The notes beneath the pieces were generated by a model. The model was not told the origin of the DNA. It ran no database searches and saw only the letters and a list, made by a program, of their open reading frames with translations. This document shows, piece by piece, positions 36,330 through 44,492 of a stretch of 59,835 nucleotides of DNA (the stretch's first letter is position 1; each line of letters begins with the position of its first letter). The stretch is from Alphaproteobacteria bacterium (GTDB lineage Bacteria > Pseudomonadota > Alphaproteobacteria > UBA7887): contig JANQOH010000396.1 in NCBI GenBank assembly GCA_028289725.1, forward strand, positions 1-59,835. The letters run 5' to 3'. Position numbers and translations under genes: made by a program.

Positions 36330-37037
36330 ATGGGCGGACAGATGAACAATCCGAACGCGCTGCTGTACAAGTGGCTCGTGATCAATTCTTTCGCGGCCCT
36401 TCTGGTATACATCGCTTGGCTGCGCGATTGGATTAGCTTGGTCGTGGAAAGTGATGCAAGCTATCTGAGTATAGTAATAGGATTGGTTTTTCTCGTTTTC
36501 TGGCTGACGAGTTCTTTCCACATCTTTACCATTAACCGGGAAGTCGGCCTGTTTGCGAGTGGCGCGAAGTCGGGCGCGGCAGCGGATTATTTCGAGCGCC
36601 TGCGCCGCAAAGCCGCCAATCTGGCCGGCGCAAAACTTGATCAAGCCATGCTGGCCAGTGCGTTGCGCGCGCGCATGTTTATGCCGATACAAATTGTGGC
36701 CTATGTGGCCAATGTATTGATCCTGCTCGGATTGATTGGCACGGTCGTTGGCTTCGTGATCGCCGTGAATGGGCTTGGCGACAGTATCGCCGGCGGCACC
36801 AATATCGAGCGTGTTCAAGGTGTGCTCGGTCAGATTGTGAACGGCATGGGCGTCGCCCTGTTCACGACATTGGTGGGGGCGATCTTGGGCGGCCTTTGGC
36901 TCCAAATCCATTACCAAATGCTGATCCGCGCGGTCGGCGGCTTGGTGGTCGATATCGTTGAACGTGCCGACATTGACGTGATCCCTGAAATCTTGCGGTC
37001 CGCCGAGAATCCGGTGGCGCAGGCCGCGGCCGAATAG
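36330..37037 (+). CDS. MotA/TolQ/ExbB proton-channel family protein (4 predicted TM helices)
   Basis: Signature segments LILLGLIGTVVGFVIA and GMGVALFTTLVGAILGG with the conserved Thr residues. Alternative starts at TTG 36303 and ATG 36342. Confidence 0.8.
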   Translation: MGGQMNNPNALLYKWLVINSFAALLVYIAWLRDWISLVVESDASYLSIVIGLVFLVFWLTSSFHIFTINREVGLFASGAKSGAAADYFERLRRKAANLAGAKLDQAMLASALRARMFMPIQIVAYVANVLILLGLIGTVVGFVIAVNGLGDSIAGGTNIERVQGVLGQIVNGMGVALFTTLVGAILGGLWLQIHYQMLIRAVGGLVVDIVERADIDVIPEILRSAENPVAQAAAE

Positions 37038-37058
37038 GCTTGTATAGGGCGCGCGGCG

Positions 37059-37655
37059 GTGTCTGATTTCGACATTCTTGGCGGGCAGAACGAAGACCCT
37101 TCATCAATTGCGTTCCGCGATATCCTGTTTTTGATGGTGTTCAGCTTGGTGGTGGTGATCTTTCTCCTCACCTTCCTGATCAATCCCGTTCCGAAGCCCG
37201 ATGATGTGCCGCTCCGTACGCAGATTTTGATCGAGGCGACGTGGCCATCGGGCACAGCATATGACATCGACCTTTGGGGCATGGGGCCTGATGGTGTTCC
37301 TGTCGGCTGGGGCATCTACGAAGCGGGCCCAGCTCTAAACCTGGAGCGCGACGACCGGGGCAAAATCAACGACCTGTCCGAATTGAACTATGAGTGGATG
37401 TCGATCCGGACCCGTGATGCCGGCGAATACGTCATCAATATCCATCTGTACAATGAGTACAAGGAACCGCTGCCGGTTCCGGTTAAAGTCCGGGTGACCG
37501 GCAAGGGCGACATCGGCGAGATCTATGAAGCCGAGATCCTGATGGAACGCCGAAAGGAAGAGGTCACGGTGGTGCGCTTCCGCCTCGATGAAGATGGGAA
37601 GCTTGTCGATGACAGCATCCATAACTTGCACCGGTCCATCCTGACCGAGCGTTAG
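37059..37655 (+). CDS. ExbD/TolR/MotB-like single-TM protein (conserved TM-edge Asp) with unrecognised ~150-aa periplasmic beta-rich domain
   Basis: SIAFRDILFLMVFSLVVVIFLL compares with ExbD ...FIDVMLVLLIIF and MotB ...YADFMTAMMAFF. GTG start lies 21 nt after the upstream stop. No OmpA-like or TonB-like motif was seen. Confidence 0.55.
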   Translation: MSDFDILGGQNEDPSSIAFRDILFLMVFSLVVVIFLLTFLINPVPKPDDVPLRTQILIEATWPSGTAYDIDLWGMGPDGVPVGWGIYEAGPALNLERDDRGKINDLSELNYEWMSIRTRDAGEYVINIHLYNEYKEPLPVPVKVRVTGKGDIGEIYEAEILMERRKEEVTVVRFRLDEDGKLVDDSIHNLHRSILTER

Positions 37656-37663
37656 GCGGCGCG

Positions 37664-38119
37664 ATGTCGGAGCTGCTTGTCTTTATCATCGTCTACGCCC
37701 TGCACGCGGCGACCGTGTGCTTTTTGTTCGTGATGTTGTTCGTGCACGACGTCAGGCGCTGGTGGCTTAAAGCGGCCGCGCTGGCATTGGGACTCGGCGC
37801 GTTGATCTTGCCGCTGAACCTGGCGAATAAGACACTCGGATATCCCGACCCCTGGCCCTTGCCTGGCCGCTACGACGTTTTGGGTTGGGACGTTGATGAG
37901 TCGGGCGGCGCGCTGTTCTTGTTTGTCATGCGGCCCGACGGCTCGGAACCGTATCATTTGCGGGTGCCCTTCGAGCTTGGCATTGCGCTTAAACTCCAGG
38001 AAGTCGCGGAAGAGGTTAGTATCTACAAGCAAATCACCGTCGACATCTTTCCGGAGACGACAGAATACGGTCCGAAATATGCGTTCAACATTGAACGCGT
38101 CTTCAAGGACGATGAGTAG
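37664..38119 (+). CDS. 2-TM membrane protein with periplasm-facing C-terminal domain (hypothetical), paralogue of 38148-38633
   Basis: Two hydrophobic helices separated by the basic loop HDVRRWWLK, then LGYPDPWPLPGRYDVLG.... The start lies 8 nt after the upstream stop. Confidence 0.6.
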   Translation: MSELLVFIIVYALHAATVCFLFVMLFVHDVRRWWLKAAALALGLGALILPLNLANKTLGYPDPWPLPGRYDVLGWDVDESGGALFLFVMRPDGSEPYHLRVPFELGIALKLQEVAEEVSIYKQITVDIFPETTEYGPKYAFNIERVFKDDE

Positions 38120-38147
38120 GGCGCAATGCGGAAAGAGATAGGTCCAG

Positions 38148-38633
38148 ATGCCGTTTGATTTCGACACGCTGAATTGGGGAACGCTGCTGATCGCGCACGT
38201 CGTGTGCGTCGCTGTGGTTTTGGTCGCGATCTTCTATCGGCGGCGTTGGCTCAAACCGATTGCGGTTATCGCCGGTGCCGTCGCGCTGTGGCTGCCGCTT
38301 TTTGCGTTGCTCGACACACTGGGACTGCCGAACCCCTATCCACCGCACGGCGACTACCGCTTGATCTCTTCGAAGTACGATCAGGAGAGCGAAACCCTCT
38401 ACATGTTCGTCGACACCATGGGTCGCGATTTCACGCCGCGCGTATTCGGCATGTATTTCGATAAAAGCCGCTATGATCGATCGAACCAAAACGTCGATTA
38501 CAGCGCGGTCGTAATGCGGTTGGGCAACAATGCCGGTGGCGACTACGAAGTCGTTTATGTCGACTACGAACCGCCGGACCTTCTGAAAGACGGCATGATG
38601 CGGGGCTGGCAGGCGCCACGCGAGACGGACTAA
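38148..38633 (+). CDS. 2-TM membrane protein with periplasm-facing C-terminal domain (hypothetical), paralogue of 37664-38119
   Basis: Same layout with basic loop YRRRWLK, then LGLPNPYPPHGDYRLIS.... About 40% identity to the upstream ORF over a 58-residue block aligned by hand. Confidence 0.6.
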   Translation: MPFDFDTLNWGTLLIAHVVCVAVVLVAIFYRRRWLKPIAVIAGAVALWLPLFALLDTLGLPNPYPPHGDYRLISSKYDQESETLYMFVDTMGRDFTPRVFGMYFDKSRYDRSNQNVDYSAVVMRLGNNAGGDYEVVYVDYEPPDLLKDGMMRGWQAPRETD

Positions 38634-38639
38634 AAAGAC

Positions 38640-38660
38640 GGCCGGGAGAAGCTCCCGGCC
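38640..38660. terminator. Hairpin terminator between convergent genes (9-bp stem GGCCGGGAG/CTCCCGGCC, loop AAG); U-run on the minus strand
   Basis: On the minus strand the stem is followed by GTCTTTTTA, which fits a terminator for the amidohydrolase gene. On the plus strand it closes the four-gene operon 7 nt after the stop. Confidence 0.6.
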
Positions 38661-38684
38661 GCTCACGTTCAGACGTGTACGCCG

Positions 38685-40193
38685 CTAGACGGTGACACGC
38701 GGAATATAGCCATAGCTTGTATTGGTTCGCAGCGAGTCGAGTTCGCCGCGCGCCCGATACTCGTCTTTGATTTGTGCGAATTTGTCCTCGGTAAACCGGG
38801 GATAGTCCGCACGCAAATCGAGATTGTAGAGACGCGCCGAATTGAAGCCGAATATCTTGTTCTTCACCGCGCTGTTCGGTCCACCGAGCGCGGCGAAGCC
38901 ATATTTCTCCTGCATCTCTTCGGGGATCTCCAGACGACGCATGGCTTCGATCTGCCATTGCGGTGACCCGTGCAACACCGAGTCCGTGCCCCACACCACG
39001 TTGTCGGCGCTGAGGCCTTTGATCCACGTGCCCAACATGGCGGCCGCGAACCGTGGGTCTGCCACGCAGGTCGACGCAAAGCTCGTGCCCATCTCCGCGT
39101 AGACGTTGCTGACGCCAGCCTTCTCCGGCACCTCGGCAAGATCGCTCGCCCATTCGATGCGTCCGGTCTCGACGAACTCCTTATAGGGTTCGCCCGGCAC
39201 ATCCATCAAAGGCCGAAGGCAGCCGTGATAGATGACGAAGTTAATGTCGGGCCAGTCTTTCGCCGCTTTCAGCAAATCGCGCGGCGTTTGGTACTGCCAA
39301 ACATCCGGCCAGCTCGTCTCATAGTCCTTCGGCATCAAACCCTTGTGGATGCACATGGTGTTGATACCGGCCTTGAGCGCTTTTTCGTAGAACGGGTAAA
39401 TCAGCTCTTCGTCGTCGAGCCAGAACGGATATTTGGTCTCGGCGGTTAGCGGGTCGCCGATCGTGTACAGCTTCCAGCTCGCCGGCGGCCTTTCTTCGAG
39501 CGCCTTGTCGACTTCATCCATCCAACCCGGTTGACCTGGCCGCACGACGGCATGACCGAGCATGCGGGTCGATTCCGCGGTCGCGTTGACCATTTGTACC
39601 GCTTCCGCAATCGCTTCGTTGGTCAGGAACTCCCATGAGCTATCGTCAAACGGTGCGCCGGATAGCACCGAGACCGAGGTGTCGCTGTTGAGGTAGATCT
39701 CACGCACATAGTTTTCGAATTTGAGGTTGTACATCGTGACGGTTTCGGCATCGACGTCGCTACCCCAAATTTCAGATCCCGCCTTGATGAATCCCAAGAA
39801 ACCTTCTTGCGTATAGTTGTCGTGCACAAAATGAGTTTGCACATCGAATATGAACTGCCCCGCGGTTTTTGAGGCACGCTCGTCCGCGGCATCGTGGTTG
39901 GCGGCTTCGGCGACAGATACATCGAAGATGTCGCCATAGACTTCGTTCATAGCAAGAAATGCGGCCGCCATTCCTGAGCTCGTTTTCAGAAATGCGCGGC
40001 GATCCATGCCGCGTTTGCCGCCGTGCAGGTCCGCCAGCTCCTTAATGCGTTCCTCGACTTGCTTTTGCTGTCTTGACTGTGGCGGCGGATTGAACTCGCC
40101 GTTCGAGATCACTTGCGTTGGGATCGGTGAATGAAACGCGCTTTCGGCGGTTTCAACTTGTTGGAATTCTCGTTCGCTAAAAAAGGTCCCCAT
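38685..40193 (-). CDS. Amidohydrolase-family metal-dependent hydrolase with twin-arginine motif
   Basis: RRAFLKTSSGMAAAFLA, then FDVQTHFVH and downstream His/Asp motifs of the amidohydrolase-2 type TIM barrel. Strong SD GGGAGGTG before ATG 40193. Confidence 0.8.
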   Translation of the reverse strand: MGTFFSEREFQQVETAESAFHSPIPTQVISNGEFNPPPQSRQQKQVEERIKELADLHGGKRGMDRRAFLKTSSGMAAAFLAMNEVYGDIFDVSVAEAANHDAADERASKTAGQFIFDVQTHFVHDNYTQEGFLGFIKAGSEIWGSDVDAETVTMYNLKFENYVREIYLNSDTSVSVLSGAPFDDSSWEFLTNEAIAEAVQMVNATAESTRMLGHAVVRPGQPGWMDEVDKALEERPPASWKLYTIGDPLTAETKYPFWLDDEELIYPFYEKALKAGINTMCIHKGLMPKDYETSWPDVWQYQTPRDLLKAAKDWPDINFVIYHGCLRPLMDVPGEPYKEFVETGRIEWASDLAEVPEKAGVSNVYAEMGTSFASTCVADPRFAAAMLGTWIKGLSADNVVWGTDSVLHGSPQWQIEAMRRLEIPEEMQEKYGFAALGGPNSAVKNKIFGFNSARLYNLDLRADYPRFTEDKFAQIKDEYRARGELDSLRTNTSYGYIPRVTV

Positions 40194-40394
40194 AGAACAC
40201 CTCCCGATGTTTGAACCTCGCCAATTGCGAAACGTCCGCGAAGCGATCCATGCGGATCGCGTCGCCGGGTAGTCCGGATTGTCGTCGTTTCAGGTGCGGA
40301 GCGCCCTCTTCTTTCGCGCCGAGGCGTCTCCCGGTGAAAAAGTTTAGCGAGCAAAGTTGCGCAGATCAAACGCGCGACGACCGACTACCTACGA

Positions 40395-41546
40395 TTATGC
40401 GGACAAGGCTTGATCAAAATCAGCGATCAGTTCGTCGGCGTCCTCAAGCCCAATGGAGCATCGGATTAACCCGTCGGTTATGCCCAGAGCTTCTCGTTCC
40501 TCTGGCGCGAGACCGGCGTGCGAAGTGGTCGTCGGACGCGTCACGACAGTTTCGGGCCCGCCGAGACTAGGCGCAATGAGCGGAATCTTAAGGCGGGAAA
40601 AAAACTCTTCGGCCGCATCGGCGCCGCCGTCGATTTCGAAGGCGATCATGCCGCTCAAGCCATCGAGCAATTGCGTAGCGCGTGCATGGTCCGGATGGCT
40701 TTTCAGGCCCGGGTGGCTGACCCGCGCAATTTTTGGGTGGCCTTCCAGAAATTTGGCGACCTTCAAGGAGCTTTCATTGTGTTGCCGAACGCGCAAGGCA
40801 AGCGTGTTGACGCCACGGTTCACCAAAAATGCCGCGTGTGGGTCGAGCGCGCCGCCAAGACTCAACAAAGTACGGCGTATTTTCTCGACCGGCTCTGCCT
40901 GTCCGATCACCGCGCCCGCCACGACATCGGAGTGGCCGTTCAAATATTTGGTCATGCTGTGGAGCGAAAGGTCGTAGCCGAATTCAGGCGGCCGGAAATT
41001 GATCGGCGATGCAAAGGTATTGTCGATCACTGCGATGAGCCCGTGCTGCCGGCAAAACGCAATTACAGCTTCATGGTCGGGTACACGGAGCAAGGGGTTG
41101 GTGATGGTTTCGACGTACACCGCCTTGGTGTTGGGCCGCAGCAATTGGGGCCAAGTCTCGGGCTGATTGCCGTCAAACATGGTGTGGCTAATGTCCAATG
41201 ACGGCAGCAACCCAGTGATTAGCTCGTGCGACCCCCCATACAGGCTGTCGAGAGACAGCAAGTGATCGCCGGCGCGCAAAAGGGTCAGCAAGGTCGCGGA
41301 AATCGCCGCCATGCCGCTACCTGTGACGACCGCGGCTTCGCCACCTTCCAATGCGGCGAGCTTGTCGGCCAAAGCGACCTGGTTTGGCGTATTGAAATAT
41401 CGGATGTACCGACTGCCGCGCGCGTCATCGGGGTCGATTTCGTACATCGCAGATTGGAAAATCGGTAGGCGCACCGCGCCGTCGATCCGCGGCTCCCCCG
41501 CATGAACCAATTTGGTCTCTATTGCTTGGTATTTGTTGTCGGTCAT
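40395..41546 (-). CDS. Cys/Met-metabolism PLP-dependent enzyme (cystathionine gamma-synthase / gamma-lyase / methionine gamma-lyase family)
   Basis: TKLVHAGE..., PLP-lysine context SMTKYLNGHSDVVAGAV, C-terminal GLIRCSIGLEDADELIADF. Confidence 0.9.
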   Translation of the reverse strand: MTDNKYQAIETKLVHAGEPRIDGAVRLPIFQSAMYEIDPDDARGSRYIRYFNTPNQVALADKLAALEGGEAAVVTGSGMAAISATLLTLLRAGDHLLSLDSLYGGSHELITGLLPSLDISHTMFDGNQPETWPQLLRPNTKAVYVETITNPLLRVPDHEAVIAFCRQHGLIAVIDNTFASPINFRPPEFGYDLSLHSMTKYLNGHSDVVAGAVIGQAEPVEKIRRTLLSLGGALDPHAAFLVNRGVNTLALRVRQHNESSLKVAKFLEGHPKIARVSHPGLKSHPDHARATQLLDGLSGMIAFEIDGGADAAEEFFSRLKIPLIAPSLGGPETVVTRPTTTSHAGLAPEEREALGITDGLIRCSIGLEDADELIADFDQALSA

Positions 41547-41639
41547 TGCCGCACCGTCGTTCGATTTTGGCCCCGTTTGGTGCCCATTGTATCATCGGGC
41601 CGCGGCCGGAGCCGCGATTCTCGATGCCTGATCATCGGT

Positions 41640-42674
41640 TCATTCGATGGCGCGAAGCAGGTCCAAAGCTTGTTCCAGGAGTTCGATGCGCTGCACCTCG
41701 GTGTCGACGTCCATGCGAAGTGTCAGCCCGGTGATGCCAGCCTCCCGATATTTCCGGAAACGCGCCTGGACCATGTCCGGCGTGCCGATGGCGCCAAACA
41801 AAGTGACCATTTCGTCGGGCACGCGTTTTGCCGCCTCGTCGTGTTTTCGGTCGAGCCACAATCGTTGTATGGCCTTGGCATCATCCATGAAGCCGGCGCG
41901 TTGGAACGCATCGTTGTAGAAATTGGTTCTCGCCGATCCCATCGCGCCCATCTGAAACGCGACATTCGGTTTGCGTGCATCAATCAGTTCTTCAACATTT
42001 TCGCCGATCGCGATTGAACAGGCGACATTTAGCGCAATGTCCTCGAGATTGCGCCCCGCGGCTTCGGCACCTTTTCGAATGTGGTCAAGGTGGGCGTCCG
42101 GGAAATCGGGCGAAAAAGATGTGCCGAGCCATCCGTCGGCCGCCGCTCCCGTATATTCGAGGGATTTCGGCGCCAGCGTTGCCAAGTAGATTGGAATGTC
42201 GATCGGCCTGTGATCGAGCCGGATCGCCTTTCCCTCGCCACCCGGCCGCGGCAATACGTGATATTTGCCCTGATACGCGATTTTGTCGCCGCGAAATCCC
42301 ATGCGTACGATGTCGACGGTCTCGCGCATCCGCGTCAGAGGTCCCTGATACGCAACGCCGTGGAGGCCCTCGACAACCTGTGGTCCGCTGGCGCCTAGTC
42401 CGAGGATGAAGCGGCCGCTCGAAAGTTCATTCAATGACAAGGCGGTCATGGCGGTCATCGAAGGCGTGCGTGCGCTGATCTGCATGATGCCGGTTCCGAG
42501 CATGATCTGCTCGGTTTGTCCGGCGATATAGGCGAGCGACGTGACGGCGTCCTGGCCCCATGCCTCGGCCGACCATACGTGGTCGACACCAAGCCGCTCG
42601 GCCTGTCGGACAAATTCTACCGTGCCACGAATGTCCTTGTGGTCGTAGCCGCCAATCGCGATCGAAGTCTTCAT
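41640..42674 (-). CDS. LLM-class (luciferase-like) flavin/F420-dependent oxidoreductase
   Basis: GVDHVWSAEAWGQDAVTSLAYIAG..., SGRFILGLGASGPQVVEGLHG. ATG 42674 is preceded by AGGA. Confidence 0.85.
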   Translation of the reverse strand: MKTSIAIGGYDHKDIRGTVEFVRQAERLGVDHVWSAEAWGQDAVTSLAYIAGQTEQIMLGTGIMQISARTPSMTAMTALSLNELSSGRFILGLGASGPQVVEGLHGVAYQGPLTRMRETVDIVRMGFRGDKIAYQGKYHVLPRPGGEGKAIRLDHRPIDIPIYLATLAPKSLEYTGAAADGWLGTSFSPDFPDAHLDHIRKGAEAAGRNLEDIALNVACSIAIGENVEELIDARKPNVAFQMGAMGSARTNFYNDAFQRAGFMDDAKAIQRLWLDRKHDEAAKRVPDEMVTLFGAIGTPDMVQARFRKYREAGITGLTLRMDVDTEVQRIELLEQALDLLRAIE

Positions 42675-42841
42675 GGTCGTCCTGTATTTGGCGCGCGCCG
42701 AAAGCATCGCGGCCATGTCTTTGTGGCGTTGCGCTACCGTTTATCTTGGCTCAGCATTCTGAAAAAGCACCTGCCGTAATTATCGGGCCCGCAAGATTTA
42801 CCCGAGACGGCCAAGAATCAAGAACAACCGGAGGGAGAAAG

Positions 42842-43924
42842 ATGGCTCTTGATCGTCGGTCGATACTGAAGCGCGGTGCCGTAGGTGCCATAGCGGCGAC
42901 ATCCGCGTTCCCAAAACCTGCGCTTTCGCAAGGGCGACTGCGCTGGAAGATGGTGACGTGCTGGCCAAAGAACTTTCCTGGCCTCGGTATGACGGCCAAT
43001 CAAATTGGCGAGCAAATTACCAAAATGAGCGACGGCCGCTTAGAGGTGAAAGTCTATGGCGCCGGCGAAATCGTTCCTGCATTTGAAGTGTTCGATGCGG
43101 TTCGCGGCGGCATCGCTGAACTCGGTCATGGCTGGGACGGTTATTGGATTAACAAACATCCCGGTGCGCCGTTTTTCGGGGGCGTGCCCAACGGGCTCGG
43201 GCCGCATGAACAACATGCCTGGATACAGTATGGTGGTGGCCAACCCCTATGGGACGAAATGTATGCGGATGTCGGCATTCGTTCATTTGTCGCCGGGATC
43301 AATCCGCCATCCATGTTCGGTTGGTATGGCCGTGAAATCGGGTCTCTCGACGATCTCAAGGGCCTCAAGATTCGCATGGCGGGACTACCCGGCGAAGTAT
43401 TAAACCGTCTCGGCGCGACATCGGTAAACATGCCGGGCGGCGAGATTATGAGCGCCTTGCAGTCCGGCGTGGTCGATGCCGTCGAATGGGGCGGAGCTTG
43501 GTCCGACCTCGCGTTCGGATTCCAGAAAATTACCAAGATTTGCTACTACCCCGGCATTCATGAACCGGGCGCCTCAAACGCATTGATGGTCAATCGCGCC
43601 GCGTATGACGGCCTTAGCTCTGATCTTCAAGAGATAATCAAGGTCGCAGCCCACAATGGCGCCAATCGCCTGTATTCGGAGTCGACGCATCAAAACAGCG
43701 TCAGCTTCGAGGTCTTGCAAACGGAACACGGCGTCCAGTTCAAACGGTTGCCGGATGATGTGATCGCCGAATTTTTGCGTATCAGCCTAGAGGTTTTGCG
43801 TGAGACCGCCGAAAAGGATGCGCACGCGACAAAAATCCATGACAGTTACATGGAGTTTCGTCGGCGGGTCTCAAATATCGCCCCGACGGTCGAGTTGGGC
43901 TATCTCGGCGCGCGCTCCGCTTAG
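42842..43924 (+). CDS. TRAP transporter solute-binding protein (DctP family) with twin-arginine signal peptide
   Basis: GGAGGGAG SD, then MALDRRSILKRGAVGAIAATSAFPKPALSQG. About 60% identical to the 7211-8350 product over the first ~110 mature residues (hand alignment). The ORF-track start at 42560 overlaps the LLM gene and is rejected. Confidence 0.85.
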   Translation: MALDRRSILKRGAVGAIAATSAFPKPALSQGRLRWKMVTCWPKNFPGLGMTANQIGEQITKMSDGRLEVKVYGAGEIVPAFEVFDAVRGGIAELGHGWDGYWINKHPGAPFFGGVPNGLGPHEQHAWIQYGGGQPLWDEMYADVGIRSFVAGINPPSMFGWYGREIGSLDDLKGLKIRMAGLPGEVLNRLGATSVNMPGGEIMSALQSGVVDAVEWGGAWSDLAFGFQKITKICYYPGIHEPGASNALMVNRAAYDGLSSDLQEIIKVAAHNGANRLYSESTHQNSVSFEVLQTEHGVQFKRLPDDVIAEFLRISLEVLRETAEKDAHATKIHDSYMEFRRRVSNIAPTVELGYLGARSA

Positions 43925-43931
43925 GCGGCGG

Positions 43932-44405
43932 CTAACGCGCGACAGGCATCAGGTCATGGCGATGGGCCGCCTGGAAGATGATCGAGGTCTCGATCTTTGT
44001 GACGACAGGCCGGCTGGTGAACTCGTCGAGCGCCAGGTTCTTTAGATGCGTCATATCGCGCACCACGACATGCACCACCATGTCGTGACTGCCGGTGACC
44101 AGGAAGCCGGACCGCACCTCGGGGATGCTCAGGATTTCCGTCAAAAAATTGTCGACCACGTCGCGTGTGTGTTTGGCGAGTTCAATGAACAGGAGCGCCT
44201 CCAGTCCATACCCCAGCGCAGTAAAATCGATTTCGGCATGGGCGCCTTTGATGACGCCATCTGCTCGAAGCCGTTTGATCCGCTCGTGACAACTCGATGG
44301 CGCCAGCCCGACCGCCGCTGCGAGCTCTTTGTTGGACATCCGCGCATCGTTCTGCAAATGGCGCAAAAGTTCGATGTCGGTTCGGTCTAGACTCGCAGAA
44401 TCCAT
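43932..44405 (-). CDS. Lrp/AsnC family transcriptional regulator
   Basis: LDRTDIELLRHLQNDARMSNKELAAAVGLAPSSCHERIKRL HTH followed by a RAM/ACT-like C-terminal domain. Divergent from the PhyH gene. Confidence 0.9.
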   Translation of the reverse strand: MDSASLDRTDIELLRHLQNDARMSNKELAAAVGLAPSSCHERIKRLRADGVIKGAHAEIDFTALGYGLEALLFIELAKHTRDVVDNFLTEILSIPEVRSGFLVTGSHDMVVHVVVRDMTHLKNLALDEFTSRPVVTKIETSIIFQAAHRHDLMPVAR

Positions 44406-44492
44406 GGAATTAACGACATTTATTCGATTGAAACTACGAAATACCGTCGCTTATTCTGTCGACAGGGTCAATATTTGAATATTTGGAGCGAC

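Noticed and set aside
36204-36917. 237-aa minus-strand ORF antisense to the motA/exbB-like gene
   Set aside because: No motifs and no SD. The plus-strand product carries clear MotA/TolQ/ExbB signatures and TM helices.
36303-38633. Interpretation of the MotA/MotB-like operon as a Zorya anti-phage system
   Set aside because: ZorA proteins are much longer, with a large cytoplasmic tail. Zorya loci also include ZorC/ZorD or ZorE-type effector genes (helicase/nuclease). None is present, and no other defence-type domain was seen nearby. A defence role is not excluded but has no support in the sequence.
42560-42841. 5' extension of the TRAP binding-protein ORF (ORF track start 42560)
   Set aside because: It overlaps the LLM oxidoreductase gene on the opposite strand and is Arg/Cys/Ser-rich. 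A strong GGAGGGAG SD and a complete Tat signal begin at 42842.
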